Shown here in pieces: positions 43,047 to 55,900 of a DNA stretch of 64,000 bases. The notes under the pieces were generated by a model that was given only the letters and a program-made list of their open reading frames with translations, did no database searches and was not told where the DNA came from. The stretch is from Octopus bimaculoides (lineage: Eukaryota), in NCBI RefSeq assembly GCF_001194135.2, contig NC_068997.1, positions 5,106,258 through 5,170,257 of the forward strand. Direction: 5' to 3'. Position numbers and translations under genes: made by a program. Position 1 is the first letter of the stretch. Every line of letters starts with the position of its first letter.

Positions 43047-44734
43047 GCATGTATGTATGTATAAGTTCCCATATACACACACATAATAGATATACATGCA
43101 CACACACACATGTAACCTATATATATATATAAATTCACTCATGTGACAGGCTTCTTTCAAGTTTCTGTCTAATTCTACTCATTGGCTACAGAAAACACTT
43201 GTGAAGGTGCCACATAATAAAACTAAACCCCAAACCATATACTCAGGAAGAGAACTTCTTAACTGCACAGCCATGCCTGTATCTGTACATACATACATAC
43301 ATACATACTTACATACACATGAATATAAAAAAAATTTAATATGAGGAGATATGGATTGAACAGGCTTTATTACAAATCGCAACAATTGTTTCAATGTATC
43401 TTTATACAATGTAACATAATTTTTGTCGTTGGGTAGCAACTGTTATTTCCTATTTGCTTGACCCTAGAAAGTATGAAAAATGACTAATATTTCCTTCACA
43501 CTCTACTTTTGATACATTTATTCAAACCCCAAAGAATCCCTCTCAAAACATGGCTATTATGCTTCCCAATTACTCCTACTCAAGATCGCTAAGGGACATA
43601 CCCAAGTGGTGAAAGTCAAGCAAATCTGTGATATTGAGCGGAATATTTGTTACAATGATATTTCTGCTTCAGCAATTCAGCATTGAATCTGTCTGAAATG
43701 TAATGGAAAATAGGTCAGATTCAAAACTTGATGTCCAGGTCACAAAAGCAAAGTTTGAAGGGAATAGTAGTAATTTCCTTTAACTTTTAGACAGAAGCAA
43801 ATAGAAAATAATACTTATTGACCAAAGACAAAAAAAATTAAAATTTTGTTACACAGTGTTATCAGCAGTTAATTGCTGAATGTTACATAAATTATATGCA
43901 ATATTGCATTAATAAGATTTGACAATAGCTGTGCATCCTTGGGTGACCAGAGTCAAAGCATTGCTGTATCATCTTTAGATTCTCTACACCTATAGAATGT
44001 GTTTATCATTCAGTATAAATGTATATGCAGATACAAGGTATAATTATGGAATAAATATTGAAATTATCTCTATAGTAATAAATTATATGCAAATAGATAT
44101 ATCATGATATATAGAACTATGTAGGTATGTACAAACAAACCCTATGAGTTTATCCTATAGATTTAAATTCCTTTTAAGCATAAGCTAATAATTCCAAATG
44201 AATGGATATAAATCGAAAAAGTACTGATAAATGAGCAGGATTGCAGGTCTCATAAGTGGAGTAGCATGAATGATTATGCATTTATGAGATGTATGTTTGG
44301 ATATAATAAATATGTGTATGTGTATACACATGTATGTACAATAGGGTTGAATAAATATATATGTATGTGTGTGTAACTAAACTTGTTAGTTTAATAGCCT
44401 TTCAAGGAAGTGAACTGGTTTCTTTGAAATGGAACAGTAACAGACACAGGAGATGGGTAAATTGTCAAAAGCTATCCTTTTATGACATTCTTATGCTTAA
44501 TTGTTTTTTTTAATTTTCCTAAAATTTTACTGCTTTCTTTATTCTATATCTTTTTATTTCCCTTATTTTGTTTTTGTTGTTTTTTTCTCACTTTTATCTC
44601 TTTGTATTACCTTATTTCTCTATATCAAAGGAATTCTAAAATTAGTATTTGGTGTGGGTATAAAATATGGAGAAACTGAAGATGACACAACAGTGTTTTG
44701 ACTCTGGTCACCTAGGGATGCACATATATGTAGT

Positions 44735-45700
44735 GCACAAGTAGGTGCTCCTACTGTTCAACATAGTCCTCCAGGTCATAACAGAGGAATTCAAGACCAG
44801 ATATGCATGGGAACTGCTATGTGCCAATGATCTTGCTTCCATAGCAGAATCTATACCAGAACTAGAGAAGAAATTCCAGGTGTGGAAGCAAAATTTCAAA
44901 TCAAATGGCCTTGAAGTTAACTTAGCAAAGACCAAAGTCCTAGTAAACAAGAAAACAGACAGAACCCTACCTAATTTAGGTAAATGGCCCTACTCAATAT
45001 GTAGGAAAGGTGTTGGCAGGAATTCCATTCAGTACACCCAGTGCAGTGGAATCACAGGAAGAATAAGAAAGAAAGTAGTGTTCATGTGTGAAAGATGCAC
45101 AGGAGCCATAAAGTCTACAGATACACAGGAAATGAGTTTTGTCGAAGACCCTAGAGGTTGTAGATAATTTCTGTTACCTAGGTGACCTAATCATCAGTGG
45201 AGGAAGATGGTTTGAAAGTGTAATTGCTAGAATAAGAATAGGATGATAAAAATTCAGATAGCTTTTACCTCTGTTAGCAATCAAAGTATAATGTTTGTGT
45301 GTGAATTGCAATGCTACATAGCAGTAAAACATGGGCCTTAAATGCAGAGGGCACATGTAGATAAGAGAGAAATGAACCTTGTATGCTCTACTGTATGCGT
45401 AATATCAATATACATGTACAAGAGAGTGCTAGAGCATTGAAAGAAAAGTTAGACATAAGAGGAATCAGATGTAGATGTAAGACTGCACTGGTTTGGTCAT
45501 ATGATGTGTATGGATAGGAACAGTTGCATAAAGAAGTGCTAATCACTTAAAAGTAGGCAGAACTTGTGGTAGAGGGAGACCCAGGAAGACATGCAACAAA
45601 GTATTGAGGACTGATCTCAAGATGTTGAGCCTTAAGGTGGAAATGGTAAAGAACCTAGATATCTGGCACCTTGCTGCACTTGAGAAAACCCACCCTCACA
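44735..45700 (+). mobile_element. decayed RTE-type LINE ORF2 (RT motifs 4-7, Cys-rich insert, C-terminus)
   Basis: LLFNIVLQVITEEFK..WELLCANDL (YADD-like), GLEVNLAKTKVL, SICRKGVGRNSI, FMCERCTG; frameshifts and stops. Confidence 0.85.
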
Positions 45701-47528
45701 ACAGAATCGATATCCTAAAACCATCTTGGTAAATGCTTGTACGTGCAAAGTTCAACCCCACCTCCATTCTTTCTGCACCATCAAGCTTCCCCTGTGTCTC
45801 ATTCCCTAACACTCATCACTTCTTTATCTCTGATATTATTTGCTTACCATAATCATCTGAGAGCAGAATAGGCACACACTACACACACATACCTTTTGTT
45901 ACCTTCCCCTCCCCAGAACCACCTCTACTCCTCATCTTTCTCCGGCCATGCAAGATATGATCCTTAGAACCTCCTCCATTCATCATTATCTTCCTCCATG
46001 CTTTTTCCTGTCTGCTATACTCCATCCATTCTTACACCTCTTTCAATGCCCACACACATATCTAGCATAACCCCACTCCCTGAGCCACTCTTATATCTCT
46101 CACTTTCAATTGCTACAGCCACCTATGTCCCATCTAACCATCACCCCTCACATTCTTGTGAAATTTTCCCACCTGTCCCCCTAATCAGTTCAGTCTTCTG
46201 TATCACTTCACCTATAGTCTCCTGTATTGTGACACATATCCACCACCATCATCTCTCCCACTCTCTCCATTTCTACCTTTCTCTCTAAGTCTTCTTATCC
46301 ACCTGGAATATCCTTGTATCTCGTCTACAGCAAGACACCTATCTCTGTCCCTCTATTATTCTTTTAACCTCTTATTGACTAGCACAAAGCCACCTCCCTC
46401 AATACTACTTCCCCCAGTTGAGGGAACTTTGTCTTGTCTTGCAAGTTATTTGATGACCCAACCAGTACTGGTGCTATGAGAAAAAGCACTCAGTACACTC
46501 TGTAAAGTGTTTAACCTTTGGAAGGGTATCCAGTCATAGAAACCATGCCAAAAGAGACAAAAGAACTTCACATAGTCCCCTGGCTTGCCAGTTCTCATCA
46601 AACCGTCCAACCCATGCCAGCATGGAGAACAGACATTAAATGATGATGATGATTATGTGTGTGTATATGTATTTTAGATATGTGTGCATGCATGTATGTG
46701 TCATTGTTTATGTTTGTGTCCATGTTCTATACTTAGGTTGTGTTGTCTCATTATGTCCAGTAACTGAGCAGTTTGAAAATGGAATACAAAAAAATTAAAT
46801 CAACACAAGTGTTAGGGTCAGTATGATCAACAAAACTGCTAATAGTGACCCCCGGCAAGGCCACATTCTAGTGACTGTAACTGGTAAAAATATAAATGAA
46901 TAAGACAAGTTTGGCTGTTAATAATGTCGAACTTATTGAAAGGCAAACTGCAGAAACTATCCCACATTCCTTGTACATAGGTATGGTTAAGAATTATATG
47001 AAGGTACTGAACCATGATTGAACTTACCATGACACACCCACTCGTACACACACTCACTCACATAAACTAACACACACACACACTTACAGAATATACTCCT
47101 TTATATATATATGAGCGAACAAAATAGTCTCTCTGTGTGATCAGTCAACTTGATAGAAATAGCAGCCAATTCCTCCTACTGACACAGAGTCAGTCTCCAT
47201 CATAATGGATGTCCATGACAACATTAACAGACACCAATCAAACAAACATCACATTCTGGTAAATTAAAAATATATACACAGACACATAAATCTGTCTGTC
47301 TGCCTGCCTGTTTCTCCCCCTCCCCCCACCAATATATATATGAAATCATCACCATTTGAATGTCCTCCTTTCCATATGCTCGCAAGGTAGATATATGCTC
47401 TGTCTGTGTGTGTGTGTGTCTTTAGGAATTTGTTTTTTTATGTAAAGGCTGGAGCTATATGGAATGATAATTCACGGAAGTAGTAGTGTAGGAAGAGCAG
47501 AGAAAAGGAAGAAATTGTGTGTATATGA

Positions 47529-47563
<35 letters not shown>

Positions 47564-47631
47564 TGTGTGTATGTAAGTAGGTATATGCATGTATATACGT
47601 TTGTACACACACATATCAGTATTGTCATTGC

Positions 47632-47663
<32 letters not shown>

Positions 47664-48062
47664 GTAAATCATCATCATCATCATAATTTAATGTCCATTT
47701 TGAAATGGGTTGGATGGTTTGACAGGAGCTAGGCAAGCCAAAAAATGCACCAGTTTCCAATGTCTCCTTTGGAATGATTTCTATGGTTAGATGCCTTTCT
47801 TAAAGCCAACCACTTTGCAGAATGTAACAGGTGCTCTTTATGTGACACCAGCTCCGGTGCTTTTTACATGGCACCAACATTAGTGGGGTTGCCAAGTAAC
47901 TTACAAGATGAAGACCTCTTGGCTGGGAGAGAAAGTGGAATCGAGGGAGGCAGCATTATGCCAGTTGATAAGTTAAAGTAATAGAGGGTTAGAAATGGGT
48001 ATCTTACTATAGATGAGATATTTAGCTACCCCAATAAGAAAAGAAAGGATATATATATATAT

Positions 48063-48572
48063 ATCATCATCATCATCGTTTAACGTCCGCTTTCCATGCT
48101 AGCATGGGTTGGACGATTTGACTGAGGACTGGTGAAACCGGATGGCAACACCAGGCTCCAATCTGATTTGGCAGAGTTTCTACAGCTGGATGCCCTTCCT
48201 AACGCCAACCACTCAGAGAGTGTAGTGGGTGCTTTTACGTGTCACCGGCACGAAGGCCAGTCAGGCGGTACTGGCAACGGCCACGCTCAAAATGGTGTAT
48301 TTTATGTGCCACCCGCACAAGAGCCAGTCAAGGGGCACTGACAACGACCTCGCTCGAAAGTCCTTACACATGCCGCGGGCACAAGTGCCAGAAAGGCGAT
48401 GCTGGGCACAGGTGCCATCACAATTTCGCTTTCGCTTGCCCCAGTAAGTCTTCGCAAGCTGAGTTTCGTGTCCAATGAAGGAGACGATGTTGGCATGGGT
48501 GCCAGTCGTCGAATTTAACTCGATTTCGATTTCACTTGCCTCAACAGGTCTTCGCAAGTGGAGTATATATAC
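48063..48572 (-). mobile_element. young, longer RTE 3'UTR copy
   Basis: Near-identical to the 40.8 kb copy and extends to the cttgcgaagac..ggcaag motif (duplicated) that follows ORF2 in older copies. Confidence 0.85.
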
Positions 48573-48805
48573 ACACACACGCGAGGGGGTGCTGGAAAGT
48601 TCCTGGCTTTAAGAATGTCACAGAAAGCCTGGTTGGAGGCCCAACCTTCTGAGGTCTTTCACAAGACCTTAGGAAAACTTGCAATAAATGTGTGAATCTG
48701 AGAGGGCAATATGTTAAATAAAATCATAATTGACTGATCCTTCTGTATTTTCTTTTAGCCAAAGCCAGAAACTTTTCAGCATCTCCTCGTATGTGTGTGT
48801 GTGTG

Positions 48806-50110
48806 CACTGCGTTTGAAATTTTTAACGACGCAACATTTTATTTTTAATTTATTCAACCAAATTTTCACAGAATGATGACAACAGTTATATGTGCATGGT
48901 CTGTAAAACATGAGAGGTTTCATAAAACAACACAGAAACTACGGGCATTTACCAAATTAACGTAAACTTTTACTGTTTCAAATTATTAGCGAGATGTAAT
49001 TAAAACTCATGTAAACAAGAAAATACCTATTTCATTGTTTGATGTACATACTGAAATGAACACATACAGTCATAAACATGGAAGAAATAGAAATAAATAA
49101 ACAGCGTTCAAAAATTATTGGTGAGCAGGTTAGTAAGGAATATATGAGCCGGCATTCTTTCGTTACGAAAGAATGTCTGTGAGCCTTTGTTTGAAATAAG
49201 TTGGAAAAGGCGCTGGTCCATGGAACGTGCTAATTTCTAGATTTACTTTGATGTTATACCGCGAGATACAGCCACTATTGCCTGACACAGTTCATCCTTA
49301 CTCCTAAATTGGTGTCCATTCTCGTAAACTCGTCGCTTTAGAATACTCCACAAGTTTTCTATTGGGATTAAGTCAGGCAGGCAACAATTAGGTCCACAGG
49401 AACCTAATCGTTNNNNNNNNNNGTTTTCTATTGGGATTAAGTCAGGCAGGCAACAATTAGGTCCACAGGAACCTAATCGTTGCAGATACTCCATAGTTTT
49501 CTTCGCTAAGTGCGAGGGCGCATTATCTTGCATGAATCAGACGATTTTGTATGTGTATTTTGTTTAAAGGAGGCCTTTAAACAAAATAGTCACTACCGAC
49601 CTTTTTCAGAAGACAGCATCGGGTAGTTCTGGACACAGCTGTTTCGCTAATGCGCCTGATAAGTTCTCCACCAGGATTCTTTACATCTTCAGGCTTAATT
49701 CATGACAGAGAGCGCTGAGAAACAGCCCTCGACTGATCCCTGTCGGCTCTCTTACGTATCTTCGTAGGATTTGTAACAATTTTTTCCACAGTTTGGTGAT
49801 ATCTTCCAATCATTTTAGATATTGCTAATGTTGATTTACCTTTTGCAAGTTCAGAAGTAATAACAGATTTCTATGAAGCAGTCCAGTCACATTTACGACC
49901 CATAATTATCAGAATACTTATTAATAATTTGGAACACTGAAAGTTTGTGGAAATCATACAAATGACAGCGGTTTGTTTACACTTGCGCAAAAACACACCA
50001 CGCACGTACGACTGTTGCCATAATTTTGTGGATATTTCGTTGAATTCCAGCGAGTAGTTTTTAAATAAAATTTTTTAAATGTTACGTCCTCAATAATTTG
50101 AAATGCATTG
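48806..50110 (-). mobile_element. internally deleted Tc1-like transposon
   Basis: ATG at 49903 (MGRKCDWTAS..., HTH-like region), C-terminal QDNAPSH...PDLIPIENLWSILKRRVY; about 34-bp degenerate TIRs cactgcgtttgaaatt... (48806-48839) and ...aatttgaaatgcattg (50077-50110). Confidence 0.85.
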
Positions 50111-50155
50111 TGCGTGTATGTGTGTAAATATATATATACTTTTTTTTAAATTCCC

Positions 50156-50337
50156 GGCGAAAGTAAATAATACATACACCCGGTGGTTAAGGTTAGGGTT
50201 TAGGGGGCGAAAGTAAAGGATACGTACACCTGGTGGTTAGGGTTAGGGGCGAAAGTAAAGAATACATACATCCGGTGATTAGAGTTAGGGTTTTTGTTAC
50301 ACCGAAAACGGGTGGTGTACGTATTCTTTACCTCCGC

Positions 50338-50338
<1 letters not shown>
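50156..50338. mobile_element. MITE-like element of three tandem units with TTAGGG hexamers and an inverted terminal copy
   Basis: ggcgaaagtaaa..atac.tacac units start at 50156, 50206 and 50248; inverted copy gtgtacgtattctttacctccgcc ends at 50338. Confidence 0.65.
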
Positions 50339-50395
<57 letters not shown>

Positions 50396-51279
50396 TAAAT
50401 AGATGGCTGTATACATACATGCATATTATGTACGTCTATATATGTATACAGAGCAAACGAGAATGAATGTATAAATATAGTGGTCTCTATTATGTAGATA
50501 ATTCTAGTAATTTCTCAATAAAAATCACTAATGAATATTTGTATACACATACACGTGCACATATTAGTCATACACATACTGTTGACAACCACAAGTACAC
50601 ACAACATACAATTCTTTACTTTATTTATACTTAAATATATACATAAGAGTGAGAAGAAAAAGAGAAAAAAAATCAATTCACCACGTTAGGGTGAAAATTT
50701 GGGGGCACTGTGAAACCTCTCTAATGACCAACCATCCAGCAGGTGTGACATTTTTCTAGAATTATTGCCCTCACTTCCTGACATGAATCAAACAAAATTA
50801 GTCACTGGCCAAATCTTTAGTACAATAACATTATGAGTTGTAACGACTACTTAGTCTGTTAGAAACAGTAGACATTTCTTCTTGTGACAGTGAGTCACTA
50901 TTCATAATAAATATCCACACAAGAGAATGGTCTACTATCAGACATTCTTATATTCCTTGAAATTGAAAATGTCTTTTCTATCTCACTCCCCCGCCCTCTA
51001 TATATATATATACTTTATATTTCGTTGCTGCTACTATAGGGGCAGCCAGGCCAGGCATTGTGGGCGTTGTTAGGTCTGCTACTGTGGACATCAGGGAAGC
51101 TATTGGTAAGGCTGGTGTTGGTGTTAGTGGTGTTGTTGGTGTTAGTGGTGTTGTTGGTGCTGCCAACGCTGTCCGCTGCGGCGATGGTGGCGGTGTTGTT
51201 GGTTCTGTCCACGTGTCTACGCCTGATATTGGTCCTGCCGGTAGAATTGGCTGGGTTCGCTCGTACTTCGGCTATATAG

Positions 51280-51770
51280 ACGATCTCCTACCGGGCAACT
51301 ATTGCGGATCCTGCACACTCGATCTCATGGGAAATCCTCGAAAACCCAGGCCCCCACATCAACGGGACGAAACGCTGCAAGTTATGCATAGCTGAACGCA
51401 CGAGAATCCTAAAAGATTCGCTCGAACCAGGCGCCATACTTAACTCCAGAACAGAGATTTTAGGGCCATCTTTACATTTTAAGAGATTCCTGCTAGCTTT
51501 TTGGAATCTGCAAGATAGCGGAACAGTCGGAAGTCGATAGCCACTGGCAAAGAGAGATAATCCTCTTGCAGCTAAATGATGGTGACACAGCTGGATACCG
51601 ATAGTCGATAGCCATTGGCAAAAGGAGATAATCCCCTTGTTTACATTTGTAAGGAGGCTTTTCCCCTCCATATTTTAAAGAGGTCTTGGGGTCTGACGAG
51701 ACGCCGTAAAGTTAAACCCTATATGGATGGAAAACCCACGATAACCCCATAAGCTGGCCTTCCCCTGTAA
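51280..51770 (+). mobile_element. Penelope-like element 3' end (GIY-YIG endonuclease C-terminus + 3'UTR)
   Basis: Frame 51280-51540 (not in the ORF track): SISWEILENPGPHINGTKRCKLCIAERTRIL...ILNSRTEILGPSLHFKRFLL, matching the W.I...KRC.LC..E...I...LN.R.E....H...FLL pattern of PLE endonuclease tails. Confidence 0.7.
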
Positions 51771-51807
51771 AAAGAACACAGACTGCTCTAGGATCTTTCT
51801 GATTTGG

Positions 51808-52250
51808 CGGACACCATTTTTTATTTAGTGTGTTTTCTGCCGAAACACTTTAAAACTTCGAATACTTGTATATTTTGTCTTATAGAACAGAGAAAAAAAT
51901 TTATATTCGAAGTTATTTCATGTTAAGAATTGTCGTATTTCGGTAATTTCAACCAATCACTGACGTCTATTGAGGTGAAAACAATTACTGCTGTGGATTG
52001 TCAACAACACGCTGTGGCGGTATAATGGGATCTTTTCCCGGGCCTTTGTGATTTGACGGGCAACATTTTTTTATGAAGTGTTTTTGGTACCGAAACACTT
52101 TCAAACTTCGTATACTTGTATATTTTGTGGTATAGAACAGATAATAAATTTTGTATTCGAAGTTATTTCACGTTAAAAATTGTCTTATTTCGATAATTTC
52201 AACTAATCACTGACGTCTATTCAGTTGGATACAGTTAGTGCTGTGACGGT
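51808..52250 (+). repeat. diverged tandem duplication of an about 200-bp unit (period about 245 bp), with an inverted partial copy at 52615-52695
   Basis: ccgaaacactt..aaacttcg.atacttgtatattttgt..tatagaacag...aatcactgacgtctatt occurs twice. Confidence 0.8.
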
Positions 52251-52739
52251 GTATATGGTATTAATCCCCGTTAGTTCTGACATTTCCGATTAACTAGACT
52301 GTTCGTAAACAAAGGGGGAAAAGCCATAAAAATACTTGAATATTGCCTGCACTTGTTATTGGAGCTACCAGAATTATTAATGCACCTCCACCAAGTGCTT
52401 CATTTCCTAGAAATAGCAGCCAAATCTTCTTCAAATCAAACTCTAGTTTAGGGTTAGGGTTATGAGTGAGGTTATGGCAAAAATATACACAAACAGATAC
52501 GCACAGCGTAATTTATTATATAAACAATATATGCGTATAAATTACGATTAAGCCGGATGAAATATGTCACAGGGAATAACATTTTTATGATTGGCCAGCA
52601 CTGACTGTATTCAGCTGAATAGATGTCAGTGATTGGTTGAAATTACAGAAATACAACAACTTTAACATGAAATAACTTGCGATGTACAATTTTTTGTTAA
52701 TTAATGTGTCTGGAACACCGTATCAAGCAAATAATTTGA

Positions 52740-53890
52740 GTAGGAACAATATTGTCTTTGCTGTGGGTTTATTACATCTGCATACCTCTGGCTACTTTGT
52801 ATAGCTATCCACAACGATTAGATAGTATGTGCCATTCACTGGTCCAGTGTTGTCGATATGTATCCTGGACTGTGGGCTCTCAGTCTCTGGCTACAATTAG
52901 TATTTTACTGGTGATGCTTTAGTTGCCAACACATAACCTCTAATGCTTTCACCAATTTCTTGAAGTCCCTGTCCATAGTCAGCCAATATACTAAAGTTCC
53001 TCATTAAAGCTTTCATTCTGAACATTCCCAGGTGCCCACAGTGGAATTGTTGCAATACTCGTTTCTGTAGTGCACTTGGTACTACTACTCTCTGTGTATA
53101 CATTGTCACAGTGAGAAATTATTTGAATTTGTATTTTCATTTTGCTTATTTTTCAATGTTTCTTTCATTCTTGTCATGTAACTATCCTCTGTGGATTTCA
53201 TTTTTATATCATGCACTGTCACCAGTAGTTCCCGGATTATATTACACACAATATTTCTTCATTTTCTAACTGCAATGATGTTATCATGGTCTCTTCTAGC
53301 AGTTCCACTCTCTTGGGAATTAGCTTCGATAAGCAGTCTGCATGACCAATTTTCTTCGACGGAATATACTGCATCTTAAAATTGTAGTTCAGCAATATTT
53401 TACCCCAGCATTGTAGTTGGTTTGCCGTGTGGGTAGGCAATCCCTTCATTGATCCAAATATTGATAATAATGGTCTATGGACGGTTTGTAATAAAAAACT
53501 TCTACCATGTACAAATTTTTGAAATTTTTTACCACAAATATAATCGATAGAATCTCCTTCTCTATTTGACAAAACTTTTTTTCCACTGCTATCAGCAAAC
53601 ATGAAGCATGAACTACTGGCTTCATATTTCCATCTTTATACTTGTGTAGCAAGACTGCTCCTATTCCATACTCCAAAGCATCAGACACTACTACAATGTC
53701 CATTGTAAGATCAAAATGTGCAAGTGACAAGTCAGAAATTAGTATTTTCTGTATGTCTTCAAATGTGTTTTGGCACTCTACTGACCAATTCCATTTTACT
53801 TTGTTTTTTAGTAAATCATTTAATGGCGCTCTCAATGTATGTATATTTGGAATGTACTACTGATAGTAATTTACTAGGCCAAGGAAAGCT
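52740..53890 (-). mobile_element. Ty3/Gypsy pol remnant (RT-RNase H-integrase)
   Basis: APLNDLLK..KWNWSVECQ..F, SDALEYGIGAVL, EKEILSIIF, NQLQCW...LLNYNF, HCGHLGMFRMK, SRIHIDNTGP..YYLIVVDSYTK; multiple frameshifts. Confidence 0.9.
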
Positions 53891-54689
53891 TGTGTAACAA
53901 GGCACAAGAAGCCAGCACCATTTTGTACGAGATCTTGCTGGTAGTCATTACCATGTCTGAGACAGGAGCGAGATCTTGCCTGCAACCATTTGTCATGCAT
54001 GAGACAGCAAGACTCTCGTCAGTAACAACTATTTAAGCAGGAGAATTAAGACATTCTCTCTCTTTCTTCCTTCTCACTTATGCTGAGAAACACTGCGAAG
54101 CTGGCAGCCCACAGCAGACTCTTAGCCCTCACTAACTTCACATGTTATCTCCAGAGGTAATGAACCTCATGTGAATGGAGCTATAACAAACCACGCACTG
54201 CCATAAAGATGGTCACTGGGAGTGAGTCACATGAACAAGAACTAAAAACAAACGACTATTGTAAGCTTCTTCTTTGTGTTCCAGATCCTTAAGACTACAG
54301 AAATAATTGTAATGGGGGAAGGAGATACTCCACAGGTATCACAAGCCTTCAATTCCATTATACTTGTAATGTTGGTATATTCATTGGAGGATGCATATTC
54401 TTGATTGCGTCTGCCCTGGATGGGTCAGGATATCTTCCATTCTTCTCTATGATTTGGCCTAGATATGTGTATGGGTTTGTGTGACTATGTACATGCATCT
54501 GTTATGTATGGATGTGTGTGTGTTTGTCTTTCTGTATTACCTAAATACCTATCTATCTGTTTACTTACACATATCCATTTACCTACATATATATATATAC
54601 ACACACACACATGTCTACATAACAGCCTACTAAGGGGATAGAGAAATGAGATGTGGAGAAGTCTTGACAGAGTAGTATGGGCATAGAGA

Positions 54690-55900
54690 CACCACCCAGC
54701 ACATACAAGCATTGACAAAATGTTTGCAGGACCTTATAATTGCTGTTATGGACAGTGCAGTCTTTTCTACTGTCATTTTCCCACTTCTCTTCTCTTTTGT
54801 GGCTCTGTCTACCTCACTGGGATAGATGAATGGCTGGTGAGGGCTATGCAAGCAATGTACCAAGGTGATAGTTAGTAGTGAGCAGAGCAATGAATTTGAT
54901 GTACAGGTAGAAGTTCACCAGGGCTCTATTCTTAGTCATCTCTTATTTATCATAGTCCTCCAAACCATAACAGAAGAGTTTAAGATTGGTTGCCCATGGG
55001 AGCTTATCTATGCTAATGACCTTGTTCTTACAACTGAATCTGTAGTAAAATTAGAAAAGGATTAGAAATAAAACCTGGAGTCAAAGGACCTTAAAGTTAA
55101 CTTAGCAAAGATCAAAGTTCTAGTAAGTAAGAAAATAGACAAACCACCAATCCCTTCAGAAAATGTCCTTGCTTGATGTATAGAAAAGATTAAGTAGAAA
55201 TTCCTTATGGTGTACCAAGTGCAAACTATGAACATATAAGAGGGGCAGTGGAATTACAGGATAGTCAAAAGAAAGATGACTTTATGTGTGGCAGATGCAC
55301 AGGAGCAATAAACATTAAGGATACAGAGGAAATAAAATTCCTCAAACACCCAGGAGGATCCTTAAAACTAGTAGATAGTGTCTGTTACTTAGGTGATTGA
55401 ATTAACAGTGAATGAGGTTGTTCTGAAAGTACAGTTACTAGTATAAGAATAGATTTAAGAAAATTCAGAGAGCTATTACCTCTGTTGGCAACAAAAGGTC
55501 TCTCCCTCAGAGAGAAAGACAGATTGTATGATGCTTGTGTATAAACAGCAATGCTACAGGCTGTGAATGCAGAGAACATGTAAAGATTTGAAAGAAATGA
55601 AGCTAGCATGCTCCGCTAGATGTGCAATGTCAGTGTAAATACGTTGAGAGAAAAATTGTGCATAAGAGACATGAGATGTGGTGTGCAAGAAAGAAGACTG
55701 TGCTGGTATGGTCATGTGATGCATATGGATGAGGACACCTGTATTAAGAAGTGCCGATTGCTAAATGTGAACAAAACTTGTGGAAGAGGGAGACCCAGGA
55801 TGACATCAATGGAAGTGGTGGAGATTGACCTCCAGATGTTGAGCCACACAGAGATGACAAAAAAACCAAGATAATTGGTGATTTGCTGTTTGAGCAGACA
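54690..55900 (+). mobile_element. decayed RTE-type LINE ORF2
   Basis: VHQGSILSHLLFIIVL..CPWELIYANDL, FRELLPLLATKGL, RRLCWYGHVMHM..GRGRPR. Confidence 0.85.

Noticed and set aside
49353-49481. About 59-bp exact direct repeat in the Tc1 ORF
   Set aside because: The copies flank a 10-N gap, so this is an unmerged contig overlap (assembly artefact).
51288-51671. 127-aa minus-strand ORF (MEGKSLL...) as a novel gene
   Set aside because: It is the antisense of the Penelope-like endonuclease tail and 3'UTR; no splice or homology support.
53893-54299. Possible LTR (starts TGTAACA, candidate ends TAACA 54188 or CTACA 54299) next to the Gypsy pol remnant
   Set aside because: No target-site duplication, PBS, PPT or second copy could be identified.
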